Below are positions 25,007-37,639 of a stretch of 55,611 nt of DNA, piece by piece. The first letter of the stretch is position 1; every line of letters starts with the position of its first letter. Source of the DNA: Octopus bimaculoides (taxonomy: Eukaryota); the NCBI RefSeq assembly GCF_001194135.2, contig NC_068999.1, forward strand, positions 36,342,708 through 36,398,318, read 5' to 3'. The notes under the pieces were generated by a model, which made no database searches, was not told the origin of the DNA, and saw only the letters and a program-made list of their open reading frames with translations. Position numbers and translations under genes: made by a program.

Positions 25007-25881
25007 ATATATAATACATTACACCTCCTAAGCGAAACTAAATATGCATAAAATAGCTTTACTTCTAAGTAGATATGAATAAGANNNNNNNNNNNNNNNN
25101 NNNNNNNNNNNNNNNNNNNNNNNNNNNNNNNNNNNNNNNNNNNNNNNNNNNNNNNNNNNNNNNNNNNNNNNNNNNNNNNNNNNNNNNNNNNNNNNNNNNN
25201 NNNNNNNNNNNNNNNNNNNNNNNNNNNNNNNNNNNNNNNNNNNNNNNNNNNNNNNNNNNNNNNNNNNNNNNNNNNNNNNNNNNNNNNNNNNNNNNNNNNN
25301 NNNNNNNNNNNNNNNNNNNNNNNNNNNNNNNNNNNNNNNNNNNNNNNNNNNNNNNNNNNNNNNNNNNNNNNNNNNNNNNNNNNNNNNNNNNNNNNNNNNN
25401 NNNNNNNNNNNNNNNNNNNNNNNNNNNNNNNNNNNNNNNNNNNNNNNNNNNNNNNNNNNNNNNNNNNNNNNNNNNNNNNNNNNNNNNNNNNNNNNNNNNN
25501 NNNNNNNNNNNNNNNNNNNNNNNNNNNNNNNNNNNNNNNNNNNNNNNNNNNNNNNNNNNNNNNNNNNNNNNNNNNNNNNNNNNNNNNNNNNNNNNNNNNN
25601 NNNNNNNNNNNNNNNNNNNNNNNNNNNNNNNNNNNNNNNNNNNNNNNNNNNNNNNNNNNNNNNNNNNNNNNNNNNNNNNNNNNNNNNNNNNNNNNNNNNN
25701 NNNNNNNNNNNNNNNNNNNNNNNNNNNNNNNNNNNNNNNNNNNNNNNNNNNNNNNNNNNNNNNNNNNNNNNNNNNNNNNNNNNNNNNNNNNNNNNNNNNN
25801 NNNNNNNNNNNNNNNNNNNNNNNNNNNNNNNNNNNNNNNNNNNNNNNNNNNNNNNNNNNNNNNNNNNNNNNNNNNNNNNNN

Positions 25882-25914
<33 letters not shown>

Positions 25915-25979
25915 TAGATATGCAGGGCAGGGAATCGTCAATTAGTAATAAAATTAATAATTAACAATTTTGCCGGATA

Positions 25980-26012
<33 letters not shown>

Positions 26013-26548
26013 ATATTGATATATATGTGCGTACATATATACGTATATAATACGCGTGTGCGTTTGTGTTTGTGTGTTTATGTTGTGTATGCTTATGTGT
26101 GTGAATTTGTGTGTATGTGTGTGTGAGCACGCGCATGTGTGCAGCCAACGGCAGTGAGGTTTGGTGAGTGAATATTTAGGTGCATAAGTGTATACAAAGA
26201 CAGAGTGTACGCGATAAGTGTGCATATGTAATCTAAAGGTCATGTAAACGGTTCGCTAGGTCCATTAGCAGAGTCATTATTGCTGCAAATATATTCAAAT
26301 TGATGATAGATACTCCAGTTATTAAAGTTCCATTCCATCACAGTTATTTCCCAAGAGTCCTTGCTGCCCGTTCGATTTGGTTGCACCTAGCATATCTGTT
26401 TCTGTTATGCTTCATTTGCTATGGCTATTGTCATTCTTGCTTATAAATATGTGTGTGTACGTGCGTTTAAGTATATATATGCGTTTGCATTTGCGCGTGT
26501 GTATTTGGGTAATAAATATATATCTATATACACATACAGAGGTCCATC

Positions 26549-26580
<32 letters not shown>

Positions 26581-26982
26581 GCATATATATATAATATGCG
26601 TGTGTGTATATATGTGTGTGTGTTTAAATATATATATATATANNNNNNNNNNNNNNNNNNNNNNNNNNNNNNNNNNNNNNNNNNNNNNNNNNNNNNNNNN
26701 NNNNNNNNNNNNNNNNNNNNNNNNNNNNNNNNNNNNNNNNNNNNNNNNNNNNNNNNNNNNNNNNNNNNNNNNNNNNNNNNNNNNNNNNNNNNNNNNNNNN
26801 NNNNNNNNNNNNNNNNNNNNNNNNNNNNNNNNNNNNNNNNNNNNNNNNNNNNNNNNNNNNNNNNNNNNNNNNNNNNNNNNNNNNNNNNNNNATATGTGTG
26901 TGTATATATGTGTGTAAATATATATATATATATATATATATAAACACCTCAATTTGTTTGTGGATGTATGCGTATGTGTGTG

Positions 26983-27076
<94 letters not shown>

Positions 27077-27557
27077 GATATAAATATATATATATGAAGA
27101 TATGCATATTCGACAGTTTGTACGAAGATGTGTGAGAGAAATTTATAGGCGAGATGTATACATATTTATGGGTATCAGCTGATGATGTTTCATATATATG
27201 CACAACTGGACGCATACACATGTTGTGTAGACAGATGTAAAAATCGTAATTACAAATAGCAGTAAACCACGCTTTTACATTCTTTTCCGGGTATATGAAA
27301 ACCACCATACAAATGCACAGATGCATACGTTCGATGATGTTTTTATGTGTATGCATGTGTGTGTGCATACATATATGTGAGGGTATGTACGTGTATATAT
27401 ACATATATATATATATAGGTATAGATATAGATATAGATATAGACTTAGATATCTTAGATAATAAAACGAATGGTTTTATACCTGGTAGCTTACTGGTATA
27501 GCACGATCATTTTCACAGTGTTTGGTATGTATTTGGAGACACAGTTAATAAGCATCC

Positions 27558-27602
27558 CACCCGTGAGAGATCGATGCTAGATAGGTCGAAACAATTGTAG
27601 TG
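27558..27602 (+). ncRNA. Hammerhead-like motif with palindromic stem III (degenerate core)
   Basis: CAC-CCGTGAGA-GATC-GATGCTAGATA-GGTC-GAA-ACAATTGT-A-GTG; upstream agcatc (27551-56) can pair with loop II gatgct. Confidence 0.45.
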
Positions 27603-27704
27603 ATTAATTAAAATTTCCTTAACTCCAATCTTCCGTCTCTCATTCACTCTATGTGTGTGTGTGTGTGCGCGCGCGCGCGTGTGTGTGTGTGTGTGTTTAT
27701 ATAT

Positions 27705-28120
27705 TCATTTGTTAGTTTGTTTGTCTTGATACCTCGGCCATACTGGGAAACAATTTGAAGTACTTTTAGTGGAGTGAATTTGACCCAAGCATTTTTTTTC
27801 TAAATCTGGTACATATTTTATCGGTAAATTTTGTCGAACCGCTGATTTCTGGGTACGTAAACACACCAAATGCACTAATATCAGTTTTAAAGTGGTGTGT
27901 GCTGGAGAACAAAGGCAGACAGAAACACAGACATATATATATACACATATACGTCAGGCTTCTTTCAGTTTCCCTCTGCCAAATTTCCTCACAAGGTTTT
28001 GGTCGGCGCGTGGTTATTGTGGAAGACACTTGTCCCCAAGGTACCACGCAGTGAAACTGTACCCGGAACCATGTAGTTGGCAAGTAAACTTTTTATCACT
28101 CAGCTACGCCTGCGTCTATA
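27705..28120 (-). mobile_element. Family D SINE, near full length, diverged
   Basis: Tail, middle and head segments all recognisable. Confidence 0.8.
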
Positions 28121-28592
28121 TGTATACGTGTATATATTTTTATATAAATGTAAATCTCCATGCTCGTATATATTTGCATATATGCTAGTGTGCACGCTGG
28201 GGCGACAGATTATACTATACTTAGTGTATGTCTCAAAATCATCCCTGCTTCGTGTAATGGAATAAACAAGACAAATATAAACAAATGTTTCTACAATATT
28301 TTCACATTCGTAGACTTTAGTACTAGTCTGACTGATTTCGATGGTATTCAGAACAGCTCTTTAGTGACCAAGCACTCACCAGATATCATGTCCAGGGAGG
28401 CGTTGTAAATATAGCCAATACAATTAAAGACTTCATTAAACACGTAGCACGATGCTTAGCGCATCGATAATTACGTAATTCGGCTCACTGCCAGCAAAAC
28501 GCTATTTATGCAAATCAGATTTGTACAATAGGATCATAGAACCTAATTATATGCTCATAACAGGATATGATGTTGAGTAACCATCGTTGACG

Positions 28593-28632
<40 letters not shown>

Positions 28633-28877
28633 TAACAGCATAATCTCAGACTTCTCTCCATTATGAAAGCATTCTTATGCATCAGTTTGCGTACAATTAT
28701 ACTTTTATATTGAAGTAGTGGCCATTTCGGTAATCGGTCCGGCATGTAGAATGAACTGTGTTTTAAGAATTATGAAGTCCTAATAAGGCAATGGTATCCC
28801 TCTTATCTCTCACATACGGAGTTGTGTCTCGTGTCACCGAAATAATTAAAAATAATTATTTCGGCTCATGTATAAAT

Positions 28878-29094
28878 ATTGGTTTCAAATAGTGGCACTA
28901 GGCGAGCAATTTCAGAGGAGGAGTGTAAGTTGATTACGCCAACCCCAGTACTCAACTGGTACTTACTTTGTCGACCCCGAAAGGGATGAAAGGCAAAGTC
29001 GATTTTGGCGGAATTTGTACTCAGAACATAAGGACGGACCAAATGCTGCAAAGGATTTTGCTTGGCCTTCTAACCATTCTGTCAGTTCCCCGCC
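28878..29094 (-). mobile_element. Family B SINE
   Basis: tcgaccccgaaagggatgaaaggcaaagtcga...ggaatttgtactcagaac...ccgcc. Confidence 0.85.
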
Positions 29095-29828
29095 AAATTC
29101 GTGTATAAATATTAGTCGTTGGGCCCCCGCCTATTAAGAGTGTATATATGTATAAATACACGCCTACAAACAAACACACATACTTTCACACTCACAAACA
29201 CACACACACGTGCACGCTACACACACACACACACACACACAAGCACAAGCAAACACAAACACACTCACAAACACACTCACACATACAGTTATACATGCAC
29301 ATACAGACAGACAGAATGAGAAGGATGCATGGTTGAGTACTTATGAAGTTCACTACGAAACCATGTGTTTTCCGCTCGTTCTTCCAATGTCGCCCTATGG
29401 CAAATGTTCCCCGAAGAAGTTCCAACTCCCATGACATCGATTTTACATCACACACACACACACACACACACACACACNNNNNNNNNNNNNNNNNNNNNNN
29501 NNNNNNNNNNNNNNNNNNNNNNNNNNNNNNNNNNNNNNNNNNNNNNNNNNNNNNNNNNNNNNNNNNNNNNNNNNNNNNNNNNNNNNNNNNNNNNNNNNNN
29601 NNNNNNNNNNNNNNNNNNNNNNNNNNNNNNNNNNNNNNNNNNNNNNNNNNNNNNNNNNNNNNNNNNNNNNNNNNNNNNNNNNNNNNNNNNNNNNNNNNNN
29701 NNNNNNNNNNNNNNNNNNNNNNNNNNNNNNNNNNNNNNNNNNNNNNNNNNNNNNNNNNNNNNNNNNNNNNNNNNNNNNNNNNNNNNNNNNNNNNNNNNNN
29801 NNNNNNNNNNNNNNNNNNNNNNNNNNNN

Positions 29829-30144
29829 CTTTGAAAACCTACTAACTAGTTTATCGGTCTCTTAGACCCAACCACTAAGTTACGGGGACATAAAAACACC
29901 AGCATCGGTTGTCAAGCGATGCTGGAGGACAAACACAGACACACAAACATATACACACACGTACATATATACATATACATATATATGACGGGCTTCTTTC
30001 GGTTTCCGTCTACCAAATCCACTCACAAGGCTTTGGTCGACCCAAGGCTATAGCAGAAGACACTTACCCTAGGTGCCATGCAGTGAGACTGAACCCGGAC
30101 CCATGTGGTTGGTAAGCAAGCTACTTACCACACAGGCATTCCTG

Positions 30145-30150
<6 letters not shown>
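29829..30150 (-). mobile_element. Family D SINE (3' end lost in gap)
   Basis: aagttacggggac...gacgggcttctttc...gcaagctacttaccacacagg. Confidence 0.85.
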
Positions 30151-30182
<32 letters not shown>

Positions 30183-30482
30183 NNNNNNNNNNNNNNNNNN
30201 NNNNNNNNNNNNNNNNNNNATATATATACACACACACGTACACACATATACATATTTGAATGCGTCTGGGTGCGCGTGTGTGTGTATGATTATATGATAT
30301 GGTTAACGATTTTTAGCGTAGGCCAGCAGTTGCCCATGAATGTAAATCTCCCCGCCCCACACCTCCAGTGTTTTCTAGAGAAAAGTATTTCTAATGTCCA
30401 GATACTAAAAGGTATGTCTTCCGACGCTCTGACAATGAGCTACATTCATCAAATGTGACCTTCGTGTCACATGTGCACTATA

Positions 30483-30570
30483 ATGGGCATATGGTGTAGT
30501 GGTTAAGAGCGCGGGCTACTAACCCCAAAATACCGAGTTCGATTCCAGGCAGTGAGCTGAATAATAATAA
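30483..30570 (+). mobile_element. Isolated tRNA-like SINE head
   Basis: A-box tggtgtagtgg and B-box gagttcgattcc, but no acceptor stem; followed by (AAT)n. Confidence 0.65.
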
Positions 30571-30621
30571 TACACTCACAAACATATATATATGTATGTG
30601 TGTGTGTGTGGATGATGAACT

Positions 30622-30903
30622 CTCCCGTCGACGACGATGCATGAGCGTTCAGCTTTTGCCGAATGACCTGCATAAGCGATTTGTTTATAGCGATTAAATG
30701 TCTGTGCTGCACATTTGCTCATTCTTTTCCTCAAATCGACATTGTGTGAAGAGGCCCACAGTGTATCACGCGTCAGATGAAGCGATCACAGAGCAAACTG
30801 AGATGAAGTGCTTTGCTCAAGAACACAACGCACTACCCAGTCTAGGAATTGTAATCACGATCGCTAAATCGTGAGTGCAACACCCTAACCTCTAAACCAT
30901 GTC
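30622..30903 (-). mobile_element. Family C tRNA-derived SINE
   Basis: gaagtgctttgctcaagaacacaacgc...tcgtgagtgcaacaccctaacc; homologous to 34155-34432. Confidence 0.75.
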
Positions 30904-30947
30904 ACACACACACACACACATCCACACACCCCCACACACACACAGAA

Positions 30948-30978
<31 letters not shown>

Positions 30979-31039
30979 TATATATATATATATGTATATA
31001 TACACATGTGTGCGTGTATATGTGTGTGTGTGTGTATGT

Positions 31040-31220
31040 TTGTGTGTGTGTATTTGTAATAGACGGGTTTCTTTCAGTTTCCCTTTACCAAATCCGCTCA
31101 CAAGTCTTTGGTCGGGTCGGGGTTATATTAGAAGACACTTGACCAGGGTGCCATGCAGTGAAACTGAACCCTAAGCCATAGGGTTGAGAAATTAACTTAT
31201 CACACAGCCAACCTTGCACC
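31040..31220 (-). mobile_element. Family D SINE head
   Basis: gacgggtttctttcagtttcc...gaagacacttgaccagggtgccatgcagtg. Confidence 0.8.
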
Positions 31221-31754
31221 GATGAAGTAATATAATTTATAATCAATTGAAGTCACCCAGTATATTGCTGCTACTATTGTTTGTCGCCTTCGAGTTGTCA
31301 AATTATAAAAGGAATTAGAATACGAATCCGTAAGCAGTTTGTCTTGTCCTTGCTTTCTGTGATTGTTTAACTCTAGACTGCTGTAATTAAGTAAACCTAC
31401 AACCAAAGGAATTGCAGCCGTGACCACCACGTCTTTTAAATATCCAAGACTAAATTGGTCAATGCGTCCTTCGTTATTTTATGGCAGTAAGGAGTAAATT
31501 TAGTGAGATTTGGCTATTTCCAGTTGGTTGGTAATCACGTTGGATCAACGGATTGTCGTGCTTTTTGAAATATTAAACTAGATGGTGAAAAACCTAAAAG
31601 ACAGTCTTCCATTTTAATACTCCTTGAAGAGGAAATAAAGTAATTATGATGAGTATTTGAGGAAATGTTCAACAAATACGACGCCTGTCTGACACTCTGG
31701 GGTGTATTCAGTCATGCGCTCCTGTCTAAACTTGTGGCAGACATAGTGTCTCTT

Positions 31755-31823
<69 letters not shown>

Positions 31824-32705
31824 TACACACAAACACACACACACATACACACACTACTCTATGTTCACTGAACCACATTAGCGTAACCAGAGACTGATAT
31901 TATATTTACTCATAGCCGTTCTGATCGAGTTATATACCCCACCACTCCACTAAAACTCATACATATCAAAGCACATTGCTCAAAGGAAACTTTAAAAGAG
32001 AGTATATTGCTTCTTATTGAATAAACTATATTAGAAATAAAACTAAAGCTAAAATACTAGATAAAAATTATTGCTTTATTGAACTGTGCAGTGACTTAGA
32101 CTTGAATGAATGAGGAAAAAATATTTGAAGCTCAAACAGAAATTATTTAAAATTTCTTCGATTGGAAAGAAAAACCAATATAGTGAATATTTTGGTAGAA
32201 ATTGCTTAGGGAGATTATTGTGGTTGGAAGCAGCATTTAGCGGTGAGAAGATGTATGGAAAAGAAGTAAGTGATCGATAAATGCATTCAATAAACGTTTC
32301 TAATATTGTTTCCATTGGTTAATTGCTTATGGCAATTTAGCTGCTACATTGGTTGACTGGGACTGTCAAACGCCCTCCGTCTCTCTTTCATCCGTTCTGC
32401 ATTTCATGGAGGATGTTTTCATTCTTTGAGCTTGTTTGAGGAAGGATTTATTTCTCTACTGGTCAGGGACAAGTAAATGCTTGTAAGCAATTCTCGAGCA
32501 AGTTACTACTTCATCAGTAGAGCTGCAGCAAATCGCATATGAAACACGTTATTCTTTTTAATTGAAAAGAAAAACATTAATAGATGCAGTCCAAAATAAA
32601 AATGGCCGTAATTGAAAGAAATATGATCATGTGTCTTCTGGATCAAGGACAACCAGTCTCAAACAACTGATGGAAAATCTTTGATTATAAAATTTTAGAT
32701 TCAGG

Positions 32706-33110
32706 GTGGATCTGGATCTAAAATGGATCAAACAGCAACAATTGTTGGCACAACTTTTGATCGCGTATCTTCAGTATCGGAGCCGATCTCGAAAAACATT
32801 AAGCAACAACAAATGGTGGAACATATGTGATTACGACCTTGGACAAAACAAACTGCTTATAGACTTTCTGATCTCTGAGTTCAGAATAAAGAAACAAAGC
32901 TTTCTTAGAATTTTTGAGATGAAGAATCGTTATTCACTGATTTATTCAGACATATTTCCTCCTGTTGGATGTTATAGTCACAACGTTACGGTTGTTAAAC
33001 GTTTCAGCTTAAATCAGGTGCGTTTTAGGAATGTGGAATCAAACTTTCATTAAATCCTTGAAGAATTGTCATTCTCTTTCCGTTTGTTCATACCAGAGAT
33101 ATTCTCCCTA
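32706..33110 (+). mobile_element. PIF/Harbinger (HARBI1-like) transposase N-terminal relic
   Basis: SNNKWW...FRIKKQSFLRIFEM...VTVVKRF and F.NVESNFH*ILEEL resemble SxxWW...FRMxKxxFxxL...VEKRV and FGVxKSTVHxILxEF. Confidence 0.45.
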
Positions 33111-33176
33111 TTAATTGCACTCCATGTGATGTCAATAGTTTGTTACTCATCAAACAGTGTACACGCAGACACACAT

Positions 33177-33229
<53 letters not shown>

Positions 33230-33295
33230 CATGAATGTGTGTGTGTGTGAATGTGTGTGTGTGTTTGCGTGTGTGTGTGTGTGTGTGTGTTGTGT

Positions 33296-33570
33296 ACTAC
33301 AGTTATTTTCGCAAGTACTTTATTCCCTGCGACCTGAGAAAGATTTAATTCAATATCCACCAAACCAAGAATTCGGAGTATATAGTGTCGGATGTAAATG
33401 TTGTAACGCCCTTTGCCACTGTATACCCACGTCTTTGACTGGTGCTTTATTTCATCCACTCCAAAGGATAAAATCCAAAAGTCCCCCATGGTTGGATTTG
33501 AACGCAGAACGTTCAGAGATGTAACTAAATATCACGATACATTTTCTCCATCACTGCACCGCCTCCGCCA
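33296..33570 (-). mobile_element. Two heavily diverged family B-like SINE fragments
   Basis: gtactttatt...cgacctgagaaag and ggatttgaacgcagaacg patterns. Confidence 0.45.
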
Positions 33571-34154
33571 CTATCCACCACCTCGCCCGCCAGCGTAGAT
33601 TTAACTATATAATAATAGCAAGACTTCGGCTTGAAACAAAGAACATTTATTCATCGATTAGACAAATTCAACTGAAACGTTTGGGGAAAATAACAAAGAG
33701 ATATTTTTAGAACAGTGAAAACAATGGAATATATTGAAGGGAAAAAAAGAAAACAAATTGAATATCTTTAAAATAGAAATTATGATTTCGTACTAAAGTC
33801 TATAGCAGAAAACTAACTACTTACTTAATATACATTATCTAATATAACTTACTTAATATAACTCCTTGTATCGTTATTTCATTCTCCCAAAGCGGTAAAG
33901 TCAGTAGAAGGAAGAGCTAGAGGTTGAACGCTTACGTATCGATTATGAACAGTTTCGGTGGAACAGAATGGGTTTTATGTACACCGCCACCGCTGTATTT
34001 AGCCATATAAAAAATAAACATATAAAAATACAAAAACAAAATAAACATATATTACTTTGATCAAATTTGTAATTGAAATATTCTATACATACATTTATAG
34101 ACACAAGCATATACACACATATATATATATAAACACACACACACATACACATCA

Positions 34155-34432
34155 TGGACTCTTCTGGCGTTAGAAGACGTATGAGGGTTCTCCAATTTCT
34201 TGATGAACAACCACACAGGTGATTTGCTTATAGTTATCAAATAATCGTGTTCACATAATCTCACTCACTCCATCAAGTCGACATTACTTGTTCAAGTACA
34301 CGACGCGTCACATCATCGCAGAGCCGCATGAAATGAAGTGTTCTGCTGAAGAACACAGCGCGACGCCCGGTCTGCGAATCGAAACCACGATCTCGCAATC
34401 GTGAGTGCAACACCGTAACTACTAAACCATGC
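34155..34432 (-). mobile_element. Family C SINE
   Basis: aatcgaaaccacgatctcgcaatcgtgagtgcaacaccgtaactactaaaccatgc is the reversed tRNA head. Confidence 0.75.
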
Positions 34433-34447
34433 ATATATATATATATA

Positions 34448-34489
<42 letters not shown>

Positions 34490-34499
34490 ACAGGATATT

Positions 34500-34960
34500 T
34501 TATTGTCGATAGATCTTATATCAGATATTTCTTTGCTGATATATCTTAAATAAAATATTTCATTATTGATATATCTTGTATTTTTATAATATTAGATAAT
34601 TGACACACCTTACGATATTGCATACTTTGTATATGCCATATGTACGATATCATATATTTGATATATATTACATTCGATATTACGTTGTTGATATATTTTA
34701 TATATACTATATTGCATTGCTGGTATATCATGCAAGTGGTATCAGATATTTGATATGCCTTTATACACGATATCACATTGTTGATATATCTTACAATATT
34801 ACATACTTGACGTATCCTACACATGATACTACATTTGTAAATATATTCTACATGATATGATATATAACTAATATGTCCAATAATGATAGTGGATATAGCT
34901 TACGTACGATAATGGATAGTTTATAAATATTATATATATAACACATAGATCATATAAGCT
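34500..34960. repeat. Degenerate ATATC/TGATA-type low-complexity satellite
   Basis: Repeated gatat/atatc words. Confidence 0.6.
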
Positions 34961-35035
34961 AAACTAACACGCAGGGGACATATGCCATATATGGTAGTGT
35001 GTTGTTGATATACTTTATATTCATACATACAATCC

Positions 35036-35768
35036 TACACAATCCATTTCAAAAATTAGTACACCTCTGCCAGGAAACTTTTTATTCATTTTGTTCATTT
35101 TTTTCTGTTATTCATTCATTCTGGTTATCTTATTACAACTGCATTCTTATACGAATATCAGATCTGCTATTGATATGATGTAATAAACAGGCAAGAAATG
35201 TTTACATTGACATGATTCCAAGAGTTAGTACACTTCAAGACCATGCATTGTCATTGTAGATTTCTGGAATACAGTATTATAGAGAAAGTTTGGAAACTGC
35301 CAAGCATGAATCCAGTGGTGGCAACATATCAGAGCTGTCTATTCATCAACTTGTATGGACGTCATTCACGACGAAAACCACTGTTGAAATATGGCAGAAA
35401 TATGCCCATTTGAAGTTCGCCAAAACCCTTAAGGCTCAGGTCACGTAATTCTCGAATAAGATGCTTTGGTCCGATCATATAAAATTCTCGATATGTGAAT
35501 GGCGACTGGTAAATACTGGAGTATCCTGGAGAAAATCTTTCCAGCATTAAAAAGTCTAGATCAGGACGCTAGATAAAAGACACCCAAGACTCTACTAGAG
35601 TAACTGCAGCATTTTTGAAACAGATAAATGTAGAGGTGATAGAGTGGCCCAGCATTTTACCGGATGTCATTTAATTGAGCATCTCAGAGAAGTTCTAAAG
35701 AGGAAAGTGGAAGGCGCGGTAAACGCCAGATCTTTAATAGCACAAGATTATCATCTGAAGAGTGACAC
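35036..35768 (+). mobile_element. Tc1-like transposon relic, truncated by a gap
   Basis: LYGRHSRRKPLLK, HLKFAK, KMLWSD and VEVIEWPS...IEHLREVLKRKV, with internal deletions. Confidence 0.75.
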
Positions 35769-36088
35769 NNNNNNNNNNNNNNNNNNNNNNNNNNNNNNNN
35801 NNNNNNNNNNNNNNNNNNNNNNNNNNNNNNNNNNNNNNNNNNNNNNNNNNNNNNNNNNNNNNNNNNNNNNNNNNNNNNNNNNNNNNNNNNNNNNNNNNNN
35901 NNNNNNNNNNNNNNNNNNNNNNNNNNNNNNNNNNNNNNNNNNNNNNNNNNNNNNNNNNNNNNNNNNNNNNNNNNNNNNNNNNNNNNNNNNNNNNNNNNNN
36001 NNNNNNNNNNNNNNNNNNNNNNNNACAGTTATTATACTATGAGTCTTCCATAGGAGCTTTCATTTCGCAACTCCTAAAACCTTTCTGA

Positions 36089-36404
36089 TTTTTATTCTTT
36101 ACTTTTATTCTTTTACTTGTTTCAGTCATTTGGCTGCGGCCATGCTGGAGCACCGCCTTTAGTCGAACAAATCGACCCCAGAACTTATATTTTGTAAGCC
36201 TAGTACTTACTCTACTGGTTCTTTTTGCTGAACCGCTAAGTTACGGGGATGTAAATACACCAACATCGGTTGTCAAGTGATGGTGGGGGGAACAAACACA
36301 CACACACACACACACGCACACACACACACATATATATATATATATGCATGTATACGACGGATTACTTTCAGTTTCCGTCTACCAAATCCACTCACAAGGC
36401 TTTG
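36089..36404 (-). mobile_element. Family D SINE, 5'-truncated at the junction with a LINE fragment
   Basis: Tail ttttattcttttacttgtttcagtcatttggctgcggccatgctggagcacc; ends at ctcacaaggctttg (36404). Confidence 0.9.
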
Positions 36405-37236
36405 CATGAAGTAAACAGCATGCAATTTAATGTTGAGAAATTTCAAGCACTCCACTATCAGCTCACAAAGGCACTGCAGCCTGCATATACAGGATCCGCA
36501 GGCAAAGAGAGATTTGCTGTCCAGGATATGCACACAACCATAATGGTAACAAAGTGCAGATAACTGGCAGGAAGGGTGTTAAGGTCTTTCAAAACAAGGT
36601 ACCACATAGTGCCAAACTAACAGCAGCGCTTGAAACGGTCCATCGTCACTACACCAAAATACTAACCCTAACACTGCAGCTGATGAGCTACAGGTAGAGG
36701 GTGAAAAAACTACAACTTTCCTACTCAGAGAGAAAATGCGACAAATATGTAATGATCTACACGTATAAAAATCTAGAAAGGCTTGTACCTAGTTTCAGCA
36801 TTAACTGTTATAAAAATGCCCTTATTGGATGTTGTTGTGTTGTACCAAAGATGCCGTCCACTCCATCTAAATTCAGGAAAAGTTATTGCAGTAGCTTAGG
36901 GTTAAAAGACACAACTCTTCAATGCTTTGCCACAAAGAATAAGAAACCTGCACAATGTGGACGGGGGTGTCTTCAAAAAGGAACAAGACATTCTCCTCTG
37001 CACAATACCGGATGAACCAACAACCCGCATGTGTTGCAGATGAGGGTAACGGTGTCAAACTCCCTCAAACATCAAATGGGCCAGGAACCAGGGCAAAATC
37101 AGATACAGGAGTGATGAAATGAAAATCCATCACCCTGAAGAAATCAGCCAAAAAGAATCATACGTAAAAGTACAAAATCCCAATGGTGCTCCAGCATGAC
37201 CGCAGCCACATGGCTGAAACGAATAAAAGAATAAAA
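36405..37236 (+). mobile_element. CR1/L2-like LINE 3' end
   Basis: SMQFNVEKFQALHY, KCR*LAGRVLRSFKTR, LQLSYSERK..KYVMIY, LVP, QLFNALP, IPDEP and SNSL; 3' tail ggtgctccagcatg...aataaaagaataaaa. Confidence 0.85.
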
Positions 37237-37639
37237 TAATAATCGGGTTTATATAATATCTAGAAATATGATTAACATGAGCGGTTGTTATAACATTTCC
37301 TTGCATCATTAAGATTGCACTTCTAAAATACTCGGAAAATTCAAAATTTGTATAAGTTATAAACACAAATTTAAAATAGAACGAAGAGCAAGAGAATGAC
37401 ATACAGATCTAGGAATATGTATCTATCGTATTCAGGGGCGTTCACATCAACGGTTACACAAGAGAGCACCAGTTAAATAGCGAAAAAAAACATTTATATT
37501 CACTGTATTGCCCGTCATATTGTATTCCCCCAATATTCCTCCAATATTCTCACTTGGTTTGTAGTTAATACCTGCACTAGAGGAATAGGTTATACACTGT
37601 ATATATACGCATATATGTGAGTGTAAATTTTTATGTGAA

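Noticed and set aside
23144-25941. Long ORFs in the track (e.g. 342 aa, 312 aa, 387 aa at 53719)
   Set aside because: They are open only because they run through N gaps and dinucleotide repeats.
28380-28454. 75-bp minus-strand exon candidate (SCYVFNEVFNCIGYIYNASLDMIS) with donor gtgagt
   Set aside because: The acceptor lacks a polypyrimidine tract, no partner exon was found, and it is opposite to the better-supported + exons; unresolved without RNA-seq.
29340-29370. CTTATGA-A-GTTCACTAC-GAA-ACCATGTGT hammerhead-like string
   Set aside because: G5 is changed, stem II has only 2 bp and there is no stem I; indistinguishable from chance.
30483-30555. tRNA gene
   Set aside because: A and B boxes are present but the acceptor stem does not pair, so it is a SINE head.
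32455-32522. Minus-strand CTGATGA with nearby hairpins (hammerhead candidate)
   Set aside because: GAAA is GAGA, the G10.1-C11.1 pair is missing, and the stem I partner is not adjacent to a cleavage triplet.
36680-36710. CTGATGA...GAAA inside the CR1-like fragment
   Set aside because: It lies within LINE coding sequence and lacks stems I and III.
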